From NCBI RefSeq assembly GCF_009914755.1, contig NC_060945.1: a DNA stretch of 64,000 bases, one strand, 5' to 3'. Under the pieces are notes generated by a model. It ran no database searches and had not been told where the DNA came from. It saw only the letters and a program-made list of their open reading frames with translations. Shown piece by piece: positions 37,680-52,309 of the stretch. How positions within the stretch are numbered: the stretch's first letter is position 1; every line of letters starts with the position of its first letter. A program made the translations under genes and the position numbers. The DNA is from the human T2T-CHM13v2.0 reference genome, Homo sapiens.

Positions 37680-39806
37680 TAGTCATATCTTCCTTTATTG
37701 TGCTTCACTTCATTGTGTTTTGCAGATATTGCAGCTTTTTACAAATTGAAGGTTTGTGGCAACCCTGCATGCAACCAGTCTGTTGGCATCATTTTGTGTT
37801 ATATTTTGGTAATTCTCTCAATATTTCAGACTGTTTCATTATCATTATATCTGTTATGGTGTTGTATAATCAGTGACCTTTGATGTTACTATTGTAATTG
37901 TTTTAGAGTGCCAAGGTCTGTGCCCCAAAAAAGGTGGCTAACATATTCAGTAAATAAAATCCAGATAGACCAAAGCCTTTTGTGCCAAACAGTTAAACAC
38001 ATTGTGAACAAAAAGAAAAGTTATTGAGGGAAATTAAAAGTGCTACTCCAGTGAATACACGAATAATAGGAAAGCAAAACTGCCTTTTTTGCTGATATAA
38101 GAGGGTTTGAGTGATCTGGGGAGAATATCAAACCAGCCACATCATTTCCATAATCTAAAGCTTAATCATGAGCATGACTCACTCTTCCATTCCATGAATG
38201 CTGAGAGAAGTAAAAAAAAACTGCAGAGGAAAGGTTGGAAGCTAGCAGAGGTTGGTTTATGAGGATTAAAGTAAGAAGCCATCTCTGTAACATAAAAGTG
38301 CAAGGTGAAGCAGCAAACACTGGTGTAGAAGCTGCAGCAAGTTGTTCAAAAGATCTAGCTAGGATAATTGATTAAGATGGCCAATCTAAAAAATAAACTT
38401 TCAACGTAGATGAAACAGCCTTCTATTACAAGAGAATGCCATCGAGGACTCTTGTAGCTAGAAAGAAGTCAATTTCCTGGCTTCAAAGCTTTAAAGAAAT
38501 GGCTGGCTCTCTTGTTAGGGTTGAATGCAGCTGATAACTAAGTTGAAGCCAATGCTTATTGACCATTCCAAAAATTCTTGGACCTTTAAGAATTATACTA
38601 ATTATTAAATGGAACAACAAAATCTAGATGACAGCATATCTGTTTACATCATGGCTTACTGAATATTTTAAACCCACTGTTGAGAACTATTGCTCAGGAT
38701 AAAAGATTTCTGTCAAAATATTACTGTTCATTGGCAATGCAGCCAGTCATCAAGAACTCTAATGGAGATGTACAAATTTAATGTTGTTTCATGCCTGCTA
38801 ACACAACATCCATTTTGCAGCCCTTGGGCCAAGGAGTAATTTCAAATTTCAAGTCTTATTATTTAACAAATACATTATGTAACGCTATAATTGCTATAGG
38901 TAGTGATTTCTCTGATGGATCTGGGCAAAGTACATTGAAAATCTTCTGAAAATAATCTACCATTCTAGATATCATTAAAAACACTTGTGATTCATGGGAA
39001 GAGAGCAGAATATCAACATTAGGAGGAGTTTGGAAGAAGTTGATTCCTGCTCTTATGGATGTCCTTCAGGGGTTTAAGATTTTAGTGGAGGAAAGAAATA
39101 CAGATGCGGTGAACACAGTGAGAGAACTAGAATTAGAAGTGAAACCTGAAGATGTGACTGAATTACTGCAATCTCAGGATAACAATTTAATCACTGAGGA
39201 ATTGCTTCTTATGAATGAGCCACAAAAATGTTTCTTTGAGATGAAATCTACTCCTGGTGAAGATGCTGTGAACATTGCTGAACATGATGCATTTAGAATA
39301 TTACACAACTTATTTGATAAGCAGTGGTAGGATTTGAGAGGATTGACTCCAGTGTTGAAAAAAGTTCTACTGTGGGTAAAATGCCATCAAACAGCGTGGC
39401 ATTTTACAAAAAAAAAAACCAAGGAAAAAAAACAGTCAATCGATGCAGCTGACTTCATTGTTGTCTTATTGTATGAAATTGCCACAGCCACCCCAACCCT
39501 CAGCAACTACCATCTTGATCAGCCAGCAGCCACTGAAATCCAGTCAAAAGCTTCCCTCAACAAAAAGACTATGACTTGCTGAAGGCTCAGACAATAGCAT
39601 ATTTTAGTAACAAGTATTTTTGAATTAAGTACTTTTTTTACTATTGACAAAGTAGTAAAAATGTAGTGGTAGACTACATTATAGTGCAAATATAACCTTT
39701 ATATGAACTGGAAAACAAAAAATAAATGAGTGAGTCACTTTATTGCAATATTTGTTTTATGGTGGTGATCTGAAATAGAACCTACAATATCTCTGAGGTA
39801 TGCCTG
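37680..39806 (+). mobile_element. Tigger1, near full length with both TIRs; transposase disrupted and partly deleted near 37950
   Basis: Left TIR ta|tagtcatatct and right TIR gaggtatgcctg; pogo/CENP-B-like DDE region (ttcaacgtagatgaaacagcc = FNVDETA). Confidence 0.92.
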
Positions 39807-39807
39807 T

Positions 39808-40660
39808 GCCACTGCACAACTATTAGAATGGTCAAAATCCAGAATACACGTAACACTACTGCTGGAGAGCATGCAGGGCAACGGGAAATCTCATTCATCG
39901 ATGATGGGAATGCACTGGTATAGCCACTTTGGAAAACAATTCGGCAGCTTCTTACAGAAGTAATCATACTCTTAACTTACGATCCAGAAATTGAGCTCCT
40001 TAATATACCCAAAAGAATTTAAAATAGGTATATGCACACCAAAATCTGCACTCTGATGTTTACATAATGATAACAACTTTATTCATAATTGCCAAAACTT
40101 GGAAGCAACCAAGATGTTCTTCTGTAGATAAATGGATAAGTAAATTTCCTTACAAACGAACAATAAAATACTATTCAGCACTAAAAGAAATGTGCTATCA
40201 AGCCATGAAAATATAGAGGAGTAACTTAGGTACTTATCGCTAAACAAAATAAGTCCGTTTGAAAAGGCTACCTACCATATAATTCTAACAATAAGACATT
40301 TTGGAAAAAGCAAAACTGTGGAGACAGGAGAAAGATCAGGAATTTGTAAGGTTGGAGAGAAGGGAGGGATGAATAGGTAGATCACAGAGGATTTTTAAGA
40401 CAGTGAAACTACTCTCCATGATTAAAAAGAAAAAAGTGGTGGAAAAATGTCATCATAAATTGTTCCAAACCCACAGAATGCACAATTCCAAGAATGAACC
40501 CTAATGTAAAGTACAGATTTTGAGTGATAATGATGTGTCAATATAGGTTCATTAATTGTAACAATTGTAGCACTCTGTTGAGGGATGTTGTTAAGGGCGG
40601 AGACCCTGTGTGTGTGGAAGGCAGGGAATATATGGGAAATCTTTACCTTCCTCTCCAACT
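39808..40660 (+). mobile_element. L1MC1/2-like 3' end
   Basis: tattagaatggtcaaaatcc...gtgctatcaagccatgaaaa...gaaccctaatgtaaa...ggaatatatgggaaatc. Confidence 0.8.
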
Positions 40661-41122
40661 TGAATCACAAGCAATTATGCATGAAATTTGAGAACATAAA
40701 GAGAATATAAAGTCACATTATGATACCTCCTGCCAATTGCAGATATAATGAACATGAAATGTCCAATATTAAATTTGTTTTTGAATGTCTTTTATTTGGA
40801 TATTGTTTTGCATTTCCTCTACTCCATTTAAGCCAAACTTCCTTGCAGGTAAGTTCTTCTAAGTTCTTCTACATATTAGACTTAAACCTTATATCAATTC
40901 TGTCTTCCAAAATAAAACATAGAATAAGTCAATATCCAAAAGAAAAAAGCAAAAAAAGCCATGTTTATATTTTAAGATAGTAGCTTTTCTTTTTAGACAT
41001 TTCCATTGTATTCTCTTCTACCATCTATGTACCCAAATATTTGTTTAGGTTGATTTTTAATGAAATGCAAAATAATACAATATGACTTACCTCCCAATAT
41101 GTACAACTCAACAAAATAATAA

Positions 41123-41475
<353 letters not shown>

Positions 41476-41861
41476 TAAACAAGGGCGTGAGGACCAACTG
41501 GCAGAAATTGTGCAGTGAAAATTTCTACATGAGACATGAGTTAAAACTTAGTAAAATCTTCAAAGCGCTTTCTTTTTCTTATACTATTCAAAAAAATTTT
41601 TTTCAACTTTATGGATTGTAACACGTATATTAATACCTGCAATATACAGATACTGTATAAAATATATAGACGTGTTTGGTTTTATTTTACAAAATTTGGT
41701 TTGGTAATTAGTTTATTCATCAACAAATCGATTAACAAGGAGAACAAAAAGGAAAAGTTGTTTAGCTATCTATCTTTATTTATTCGTTATCTGTAAATTA
41801 TAAACAGTTCAAAGCCTACGGAATCTTTCTTTAATAAATCATGCATATATTTTTGAAGAGG

Positions 41862-42078
41862 TTTGATTGATGGAAACATAATGGATGTACATATTTGTGG
41901 GGTACCTGTGATAATTTGAAAAATGCATATAATCAAATCAGGATAATTGAGATATCCGTCACCTTAAATATTTATCTTTTCTTTACGCTAGAAACATTCA
42001 AATTATTCTCCTTTAGCTATTCTGAAATGTACAATTGATTATTGTTAAATATAGTCATGCTACTGACTCGTTGACTAA
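41862..42078 (-). mobile_element. L1MA5/6-like 3' end
   Basis: gatgtacatatttgtggggtac...caaatcaggataattgagatatccgtcacc...aatatagtca. Confidence 0.75.
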
Positions 42079-44914
42079 AAAGGTTGAACAAAATACCAAA
42101 TAAAAATATGAAATAACCAGAAGCATGGATTTCTTTAAAATCTGGTTATTCAGTAAACTTTACTTTTATTGCTTTTACGGTTGCCTTATCTGCATCTTGT
42201 ATGGCAGCATTTTATTAATGACTCACTTTTTAAGAGTAAACTATGCATTTAACTTTAATAGAATATATTACTCTTTTACAAGCAGTTTTCATTAGTTTAT
42301 CAAACTATTCATTTAAATTAAATCAGAAATTACAACAAGTATCACCATCAAGGCCATGAAAAATGTTGATTAATCCTAATAGTTGTTTCAGTTTAGTCTG
42401 ATTGAGAGACCTCTTCTAATCTGTAGATAGTACCATGTGTAACATCTACATTGGTGATTTATTAATGGGCTACATTTTTGTATAAAAGAAATACTCTCCT
42501 ATTTGTAATAGATGTAAGTCTTCATTATTTTATTTTTACACAATTCACTATGAGATCATGGTTTTAATGGTTCTCCCATAATTAAATAAGACTTTACAGA
42601 GGAGACATTTTTCTGTAGCAGTAAATAACATTTTCTAAAAAGAGTAGTGAATCTTCCTAAAAGTTTCTTCCCCAAGAAGACACAGAACGTACGTCCATAC
42701 TAATATTCTCAGTGATTCCACCTCATAGACATTATTATTCCCATATTACAGATGAGGAAATTGAAGGCTTATTCACTAAAAGCTCCCCTGAAATAATTTG
42801 TGTGAGCATTTTTCCTATAAAGCAAATGGAATATTTTCATGACCTCATTATTGAAAATAATAAATGTAAATTTCCTTTTTAGGTTTATGTTCTCTATTCT
42901 TGAGCTATCCTTATCATGTTCAATCCTGTCTCCCCTTTATCTCTGAAAGACCACTGTCCCATTAGTCAGGATCAACTGTAATAAACTGTCTTTAATCTCT
43001 ATGGGCTTGCATCAGTTAAGTTATATTACTTAGATTAAAATTGTGTCCTTATTCATGCAATACATGTAGATTTTTTTCCAGAAATGATTGTTATTTTCAA
43101 GTATTATACATGTTTTATTTTCTCTGAAATAACATATTTATGATATTTTGACAAAAAATTGAAAGATATAAATAGTAAATGAAAATATATTATTTACACT
43201 GATCTTAAAAATACATTTCAAAGTAAGAAGATATATTATTCGCACTGTACAAGTGAACAGCCTTAAAAGATGGTGTAGTTTACTAGAAAGAACATAAGAC
43301 TGATTATGAAACTTTTTGGATTCTGTTCCTAATTCTGCTGTTGCTTAGCTTTGGTGAGGTTTAAAATATAGTCAACTCTTCACTTACTTCTTGCATATGA
43401 ACTAAATTAAATGATTCCCCTCCCGCCCATATGGTAGTATTTCTGCACAGATGCAGTTAGTATTACATGCTGTGCAAAATCCCAGCTGTAAACTGAAAAC
43501 AGGGCTTTCATTTATTTTCTATTGTTTTTAAGTAGATTTTTCTGAAAATAGGTTTAAAAAGCAAATGAAAAACGGAAAACAGAAACAATGCATCGGTTAG
43601 GTCCACAATTAGTGATGGAAGATAGAAAGGACTAGAAACAAAAAGGAACAATATGACGATATTTAAGTAAAAAGTATGTTCAATATGGGGAAAATTCACA
43701 TTTGTAAGCTTCTTAAAATACATGTTCTTCAAAAGAAATGTCCTTCAAAAGAAATACTCAGTAGCCACAAATGTCCTCCAAAGTTCTATTGAAGAAAATA
43801 AGTTATTGGAGAAAATTCTTATGCTCCATTTTATTCCAAGGAATATAAAAATCTGAAAGTGAGGTAGAGAATTTACAGTAGCTCACTTATATATCAAATT
43901 GTATTTAATTAAAGCCACGGGCAATTCTGTTTTAATACGAAGTTCTAATACAGGTATGTTTAACATAAATTGTTTGCTACAATTTAAGACTTCTTATGAT
44001 ACATTTTTGTCTAGAATGTTCTTTGATTCCAGATTCTTATAGCTTCTAAGTAGAGAAGCAGATTTACAATTCTTCAAGCTAAAAGCCCACTTGAATATTT
44101 GGAAAGATTCAGCATTGAGGTGTATGTGTATACATAATAGGTAAAAACAGCAATATGTTTGATTGTGCATGTTAACTTTCTAAAATAATGTGTATAAAAA
44201 CTATAGAATTCAGCATCATTTTTATGATAAAATCATTTTTAAATATCTGTATGTAGGTAACTAGTTTAGCACTGGTTACAGTCTAACTGTCTCTACCTCT
44301 CTCTGTTAGTTGAAGTCACCTAGGTAAGTGTCCAGAGTAATTTTTACTAGTGGCAAATACTCTGGATTGCAGAGTGTTAAGACACTTTATTCAGCTTGAA
44401 GTATTCCATCAGTATGTAATAATGCAACTTTGATGAAAAGAATAAGATTTCCAAAAAGTTCATATCCCTTTCAGTTCAGCCTCTTAACTTTACCATAATA
44501 GTAAATAACTTCAGGCAAAATTCCAACAAACAAGGTGTGACCTTTGCTGTGTAGTCTCATCAGTCTCATAAGTAATTCTCTTTAAAATAGATATAGATAT
44601 TTTGTATCATGTGATATATCTTACAAGGCAATTTATTCCTTAAGAGATCTTAGTTATATTTATATTGCCCACATTTCCCAGAGGAAGAATCTTACATATC
44701 CTTGCCAATGTTCAGCATCCTTACATCAAATAATGGACAAGTATTTCAAGTATATAAAATATGTATAGAAAATTTCATTCAAAAGAAAAATTTCAACTAA
44801 TTTTAGTTATACCTCAGCCACAAAGATGGAAAAAATATTCTAAGTAACAAAAGGCATGCTGTATATCACTGAATTGCATTACGTTTACAGAAAGTTTTAT
44901 GAGGTAATGATTTC

Positions 44915-45425
44915 TCTTCTGATTATCTATAGTTGTGTAGGCAACGACCTCAAGAGTTAGTGGCACAAACCAAAAACAGTTAATTACTTTGATTGCTGAT
45001 CTGCAATTCCAGAGGGCTTGAGTGAGATAGCTCCTCTCTGCTCCATAGAGAGAGTATCAACTGGTATGGCTAGACGTAGGCTGGAGAATCCACTTCCAGG
45101 ATGGCTCACTTTTATGAGCGCAGTGTAAGCCAGAGTTGCCAGCCCAGGATCCCAGCTTCACTCCTAATGAGCACCTTCTCAAAGCTGCCTGGGGCTCATC
45201 TCAGAACCTGGCTGGGTTTTAGGAGAGATTATTCCAAAAGACAGAAAGTGAGAATTGCCACTTTGCTAAGACCTGAACCTAGAAACTGTCACAGCATTAT
45301 CTCTGACATACACTGTCCGTCAAAGCAGTTAAAAAAACCTCCCATATTCAAGAAAGGACATCAACTCAACTCCACCTCTTGGTGTGAAGTGTCAAAGAAT
45401 TTGTGACTAGCTATACTTTTCCACA
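44915..45425 (-). mobile_element. MLT1G/H-like LTR
   Basis: ttagtggc...gatagctcctctctgctcca...ggctggagaatccacttccaggatggctcac...actccacctcttg...ccaca. Confidence 0.7.
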
Positions 45426-46513
45426 GCTAATAAAAAAGCTAAAAATGACAAATACAGATAGAAAAAACAGTGAGTTAGATTTGAAATGTTCATTCATTAT
45501 AGATCTTTATCTGGTAAACTATCTTTCTAATTTGTGCACTCCAATTTTATGTGAGTATATAATTTTTCAAGCATCTCCAAAATACACATGCATCTTTGTA
45601 AATAATTGATTTTAACTAGTAGAAAATAATTTAATTCAAAATAATTAATATAATAATTACTATTCACCTACTCAAGTATAGCTAAATTATTCAGCATTTA
45701 AATAGCTACTGGTTTATGGTACCTAACATTCAAGTAATTATAAATATGTTAATTATTATTTACTAATATTAGAACCTGTAACTATTATAATTGTCATTAC
45801 TTTTAATTAACTTACTTCATCTTAGACTGTCACAAACTTAATTTGTCATTTTAGTTTAATAAAATAAAAAAAATTCAATTTAAAATACAATTATTATTTA
45901 GCCCTTATGTAGCAAGACGAAAAGTTAACCATACATTGCTTCTAGAATTTAAAGTTTATGGTTCTTTTAGTTGTTTATAAAAATAAGTGTAATAACTTGG
46001 CAGATTAATGTCTGACTGTCAAAAATACTGTGGTCAGTTGGTCAGCCATGATTAAAGCCACTTTGGGTCCAAATGGGCCAAAAGGAAATATCGTTGAAGT
46101 ATGAAACTTTTGCAGCCAACACTTACTTTTTGGAAGGGATAGATCTCTGTTAGCTGAATCGTATAAATGTCACAATGTCCATTGGTTTCTTTGTGGTTGT
46201 TGTTTGTGTTCCTGGCCTGTTCAGTGTTTGTATTCTACATGGGATACAATCACCAACAAACTTTATCTCTTTCCCACTCATGAAGCTACTAAAGAGATAC
46301 CAGGGAACTGTTTCCACTCACACACATCCTTATCTGGCGTGTCCTTTGTGTCCCTTATTTGCTGGGACAGTGGTAAACTGCAATGATAGCAATTTCAGCC
46401 GAGTTTGAGTTGTCATTCTTGCTAGTCTTTGAACCCTGATTAGGCTTTGCAGTTCACCTCACAAACTGACAGTGCTATCAAAGGCAAGTATTCCATATTT
46501 GGAACACCAGTGA

Positions 46514-46838
<325 letters not shown>

Positions 46839-46989
46839 TAGAAACAAGATCTCTTAAGAGGTCATATATTCATAATAAAAAGGGCAAATATCATTCCCTC
46901 TAATGTCAACACTATCTCTGAAATATATCTTCTTTAATACATAGAAAAATAATACACTTATTTGAATGATAGACTTGACTTCTTAAAGT

Positions 46990-47150
46990 GGAAGAGATAT
47001 TCAGTACTGGAAACTATTAAGCTCACATCTTACAAATGAGGAAAATGCTAAGAAGTTTAGGAATCTTCTTGGGTCATGAGGTTCACTGGGAGCAGAATAA
47101 GAATTGGGACCTACGTTTCTGGGTCTTCGGTATAGAGCATTCTTTATGGT
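46990..47150 (-). mobile_element. MIR
   Basis: Core catcttacaaatgaggaaaatg. Confidence 0.6.
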
Positions 47151-47314
47151 TATCACAAGTTAGTATTTTCTACTAAAATATGTTCTCAGTATAAATAGTG
47201 TGAAAAAGCATTTTAAATATTTGTTGTATTAACAATTGCATAAAAAATCTCTTTTATTGATTACCAATATTATCCCCCCGAAAGTAGTACACATTAGTTT
47301 AAAAAGCGTGGAGC

Positions 47315-47438
47315 AAATATTTGGGTTATAAAATAGACATAAAATAGACATATAAAGTAATAGACATAAAATAGACATATAAAATAAAATAAAATATTTG
47401 GGTTATATAAAATATAAAATATTTGGGTTATAAAATAG
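47315..47438. repeat. Complex patchwork repeat
   Basis: aaatatttgggttata x3 and aatagacata x4. Confidence 0.9.
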
Positions 47439-47594
47439 GCTCTGGTTTTGTCATGAAAACATACAGCTTCTGAATATAATATGTAAAATATATATCATAC
47501 TCAATAGGTAATATATATATTTATTACATAAATATAGAGAGACTGCTATGTCCCTGCTATGAAAGCACACAAATGTTGATTATAATATGGAATA

Positions 47595-47967
47595 TCTCTT
47601 AGTCTGTTTGTGCCGTAGTAACAAAATACCTGTGACTGGGTAATTTATAAAGAGCAGAAATTTATTTCTCACATTTCTGAAGGCTGAGAAGTTTAAGATC
47701 AAGGCACCAACATTTGGTGAAGGCCTTCTTGTTGCATCCTCATGTAGTAGAAAGCAGAAGCACAAAGAAGCAGATCAATGCTACATTCTTACATGGCAGA
47801 AGAGAAGAGGGTGAACCATGAACTTACTCCTGCAAGGCATTTTTATAAGGGTCGTAAACTATGAGTGAGGAAAGAGCCTCCCAGAGGTCCCATCTTCCAA
47901 TACCATCACTTTGGTGATTAGGTTTCAAGATGAGTTTCAGAGAGGACACCACATTCAAACCAAAGCA
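47595..47967 (-). mobile_element. MSTD-like MaLR solo LTR
   Basis: cttagtctgtttgtg...aaatttatttctcaca...acattcaaaccaaagca. Confidence 0.75.
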
Positions 47968-47968
47968 G

Positions 47969-48104
47969 ATATTTGTGTGTGTATATATGTGTATGTGTGT
48001 GCATGTCTGTCTATTGTGAGTATATATATGTATAGGTGTATATATATATATACTCACAATAGACAGACATGCACACACATACACATATATACACACACAT
48101 ATAT
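47969..48104. repeat. Near-perfect inverted repeat with 56-bp exact arms
   Basis: 47974-48029 is the exact reverse complement of 48044-48099. Confidence 0.97.
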
Positions 48105-48109
48105 TTATA

Positions 48110-48128
48110 GGTATACATACACACACGC

Positions 48129-48180
<52 letters not shown>

Positions 48181-48204
48181 GTAACAATAGACAGAGAGAG
48201 AGAG
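48110..48204. repeat. Compound (CA)n(TA)n(GA)n microsatellite
   Basis: Read directly from the sequence. Confidence 0.9.
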
Positions 48205-48232
48205 ATTGAGTCAAGCTTAAAATTAAGAAATG

Positions 48233-48534
<302 letters not shown>

Positions 48535-48584
48535 AATTAAGAAATGGAAATGTTCAGCGAATACACAAATGAGGTAGAAGATGT

Positions 48585-48717
48585 GTGGCATATGTGTTAG
48601 GTGTCCTAATTTGCCTGGAATGCTCCAGTACATGCCTATTGTACTGGCTTAATTAAAAGCACCCTTTATACTCTGAGATGTTTTCTGGGTTGGGTAAAAT
48701 GTTATCTGGTCACTGTA
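48585..48717. mobile_element. MER94-like hAT-Blackjack MITE
   Basis: tgtcctaatttgcctgg...tgcctattgtactggcttaatt...gcaccct...tatctggtcactgta. Confidence 0.6.
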
Positions 48718-49014
48718 GATATGAGGCTGTGGAAATCAAATGTGCTGGGCAATGCCCATGAATTGATGGTGGAGACAAGGCCACAGATCATGACAAAACC
48801 GAAAGAAATAATCCTATCCATGAATGGGAAAGGCACTGCCAGTGTGGAAGTTCTTCCCAGGAAGCAGACTGATGGGAGAGATTGAGTTGAGAGAGTGCCA
48901 ACTATAACTAAACAGAAGCCTAATCCTGAAGCCCATGGTTTCTGGGTGATAAAACATCTATCTGAAAACCTAACGTAAAAATTACTCAGACTCAAAGTAT
49001 TTCTATAGGGACTT

Positions 49015-49507
49015 CTATCAGTCTTGGTTCCACCAGGAAAACAAAGTCAATTTAATAAAATGATTGGTTTAATAAATGCATTGGGTATATGTGTTTGTAG
49101 GGAGAGCTGGGGAACCTACAGTCAGAGAAACTGTCATCAAATGCAAGATACTTGTAGGCGGGAGAAAAGCAAATGACAAAGTATTCATGTTAAGCACTAA
49201 ATTAGGTGGTTTTCAAAAAGTTGACTGGCTAGTTAATAACTCTTAACTGTCTCCTCAGCCGAGCAAAATGAGTGCCTCTCACACGCTTATTTAAAATCTG
49301 ATGCGATGCTTCAATCTGCCCATGAGACTGGAAGAAAATACCTTCTAAATATTGCAGGAGTTTTTCTTAATGGTAAACTATAATCTAGAAGACTGTAGGA
49401 AAAAAGATTCTCGAAAATGAAGTTTCCTGCTTCTCCTTGAGAGTGCAGAGGACACCTCAAAACAGTGGTGAGGTTGATGTCAAGTTGATATTAGACTACC
49501 CAACACA
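49015..49507 (-). mobile_element. Ancient ERV-L-type LTR relic, family uncertain
   Basis: ggaaaaaagattctcgaaaatgaagtttcc...gatgtcaagttgatattagactacccaacaca resembles an old LTR terminus. Confidence 0.4.
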
Positions 49508-49599
49508 GTCTCTAGCAGAGATGAATCACACTCATTCCCCACAGGTACTTCTACAACCCAGCGCCGCGTGAGATTTATTCTAAAGACAATGCCTTTGAA

Positions 49600-50155
49600 G
49601 AATTGTTCACACAGAAAATTACAAAGCACAGAAATACTTCATTTCCTCTGAAAGTGACTTAGCAGAAAAAAGGGAAAATTCACACCCACAAATCCACACG
49701 TATATAAGCCAGAAATTTATTTTACAAAAAAAAATAGCTAAAGTATTCATAGAGAGAAAGGAGAACTAGATAATGCACCTAGAACATTTAAACAATGCAT
49801 AAATTCCAGAAAAGATTAATATTGCCCTTTAAATTGAAAAGGGATCAATTACAGACCAAATTAGTTAAGTTGTTAATTACTTAATTATTTGGCGAACAGA
49901 TCTGAAGACATTACTAAGATTCTATCACAGTGAATTTAAGATGAGGATTGTGCTAGCCAGACAGAATAAAAGTCTAGATATATGTCTAAAGGGACATCAG
50001 AGGATGAGAAAAAAAAAATGAGAGGCTATCTTTAAATAGAAAATAAATTTTCTCCCAAAATACAGAAAAATGTGTTCTCAAACTGCAAAATCACAATGAG
50101 TTTTTAGTAGGAAAGTAAAGCAATCTCCACTTTCAGAACATCGTGGGTGAAGAAA
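49600..50155 (+). mobile_element. Old L1 ORF1-region fragment
   Basis: gaacagatctgaagacattact...gtctagatatatgtctaaagggacatcagagg...aattttctcccaaaa. Confidence 0.5.
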
Positions 50156-50157
50156 TA

Positions 50158-50238
50158 GTACTTCCATTGACTTCTATGTGTATAGATGGAATTGTGGTAC
50201 TTCCATTGACTTCTATGTGTATACATGGAATTGTGGTA
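50158..50238. repeat. Tandem duplication, 2 x 39 bp, one mismatch
   Basis: gtacttccattgacttctatgtgtata[g/c]atggaattgtg starts at 50158 and again at 50197. Confidence 0.97.
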
Positions 50239-51879
50239 ATATTTCAACAATCTAGATGCATAGTAACATCTAAAGTCCTTTCCAACTATACCAGCTATCA
50301 ATTAGATCTGATTAAGATGAGCCTTAGGTACATACCTGAAAATTAGGAATAACCTTTGATTCTAACTGCATCAGAGGGATGTGTTCAATACAAAAGCAGG
50401 CATAATATTTTGTAGTTAAGTAAGAAACTTTAGAGAAATATGCAAATATGAGCTGCTTGCTATCTCCATCACTGATCTGAACTCTTAAGGTGTCATCATG
50501 TATCTTTCACTTAATTATTGTTTCAAAGTTTATTGAAAATGTTTATTAATATGAAAAATAACATCAGAAAATAAAACATTGGAATGTGATGATATTTAGT
50601 GGAAAAGTTGTAAGACAGTGGATAGATGAAAAATTTAAAAAATTCTCATTTCCATTAAAGCATCCTAACTATATCCAAATGATGTCATTGCAGGAATTAA
50701 ATTGCTACAATGAGCATACAAATTCAAGGTCAAAAACTGCTTTCAAATACAAGAATTACTAATGATGAAGACTAATGATTTTCAGTTGTTCTGACCTCCT
50801 TAGAATTAGATCTAAACAGACAAATCTTCCAGCTTCGGAGACACCGTATTAAACTGTCACATTTCATGGCTGAACTGAGCTATATAGGGGGAAATATTTG
50901 GAATAGTAACTGCATTAATGTAAACATTTACAAAAGGGTTTTTTTTTTTTTATTTAAGAAAGAAGATTTGGAAAATCAAGATTAAACACAAAGTCTTCTT
51001 GATAATGGTTTTATAAGTCACTGTCAATCTTAGGAAACTGGCATTTATCAGTCAATCAATCAATAAGGAGTAGCAAACTTCAAATTTTAAAAATGGAAGA
51101 AGGAAAGATAGAAATTGTTTTTGAGTTTGTTGTTTTGTTTATAATTTTTATATTACAAAGTGAAAACATATTTTATAAAATATAGCATATATTATTTATA
51201 GAAAATGTTTCAAAAAATCAATGTCTATAATACAGTGATTTCTCAAAAAACAGATTAAGATCGAATTATTTCATTCAAGTATAGAATGAATTTTCATAAT
51301 GAAAACAGCTGTCTGTATGAGTACTTTTATGATACAAAGTCATCAGTAGCTTTCTCCCCAAAGAGGTCAAAATAAATTGGCATCACCTGAATCAAGGTTA
51401 TGACTTCCTTGAGGCTTATCTTCTGACAGATTCATTTTCTATAATCTTTTTTTTTCTATTAGCAACTACTGTCTGGGAAATTTCTGCTTCATTGTATTCC
51501 CCTGTCTATAAATCAAAAAATGATTTAATAAATATTTGCACTTTTTTAAACAGTCTGTATTCAATTAAAATTGATTCGTGATTAAATATAAATTATAGCT
51601 TTTAAATTTCTGGTTTACAGGTGGCAGTCTAGTAAGATTTAACGATACTGTCTGACTGGAGCTGGAAAGCAGTGAGTATGGCTGCTATCGGAGAGGAGAG
51701 AGAAAATCAATCTCTGTGGGCTGCTATTATCCAGAAGAAATGGAGAGCTCCCAATGACCAGGCATTCCACCGAGCAACAGGGCTTACTTGCCTCTGCTCT
51801 CATTGAAAACCACACAGAGCATGCAACACTTTGCTCACTCCAAAACTTTATGACTTTCTTCAATTTCAAGCAATGTTGA

Positions 51880-52302
51880 ATGCTGACTCAATAAGATACA
51901 ACCAAAACAACTTGTTGATGAGACAAAGCTGAGTTTATTTTTTACCATGGTAAAAGTGAACGCTACCTCAGCAGAGGGGCAAGAAATATATTTTTTGAGA
52001 TTTTGAAGTCTGGTGCAAGTTTTTCAATGTGGAACTTGGTTAAGATGGGGCTAGCGTCATAATGTAGTTGCTTAGAATTGTGAACGCAGGGAGGAGAGAA
52101 TTTTGAGAAAAGTAATTCAAAGGGTCTTGACATATACCATTCAGTAAGTTGCTGGAATGAAAAATAAAGTCATTTGCAATTGTAATCTTCTTGGGCAAGA
52201 ATTTGCTGTAATACTAAAGTTAAGTTGATGAAGTCAGTGGAGGAGGAAAAACATGCTAATGTAGACAGTAAGAGCTGTGAATGTAGATAGTCTCAGCTCT
52301 CA
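51880..52302 (-). mobile_element. MER110-like (ERV1) LTR
   Basis: The reverse strand begins tgagagctgagactatctacattcacagctcttactgtctacattagcatg and includes cttgcccaagaagattacaattgcaaatgacttt. Confidence 0.55.
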
Positions 52303-52309
52303 GCAGGGA

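Noticed and set aside
38000-39582. Possible domesticated Tigger transposase
   Set aside because: Multiple stops and frameshifts plus an N-terminal deletion.
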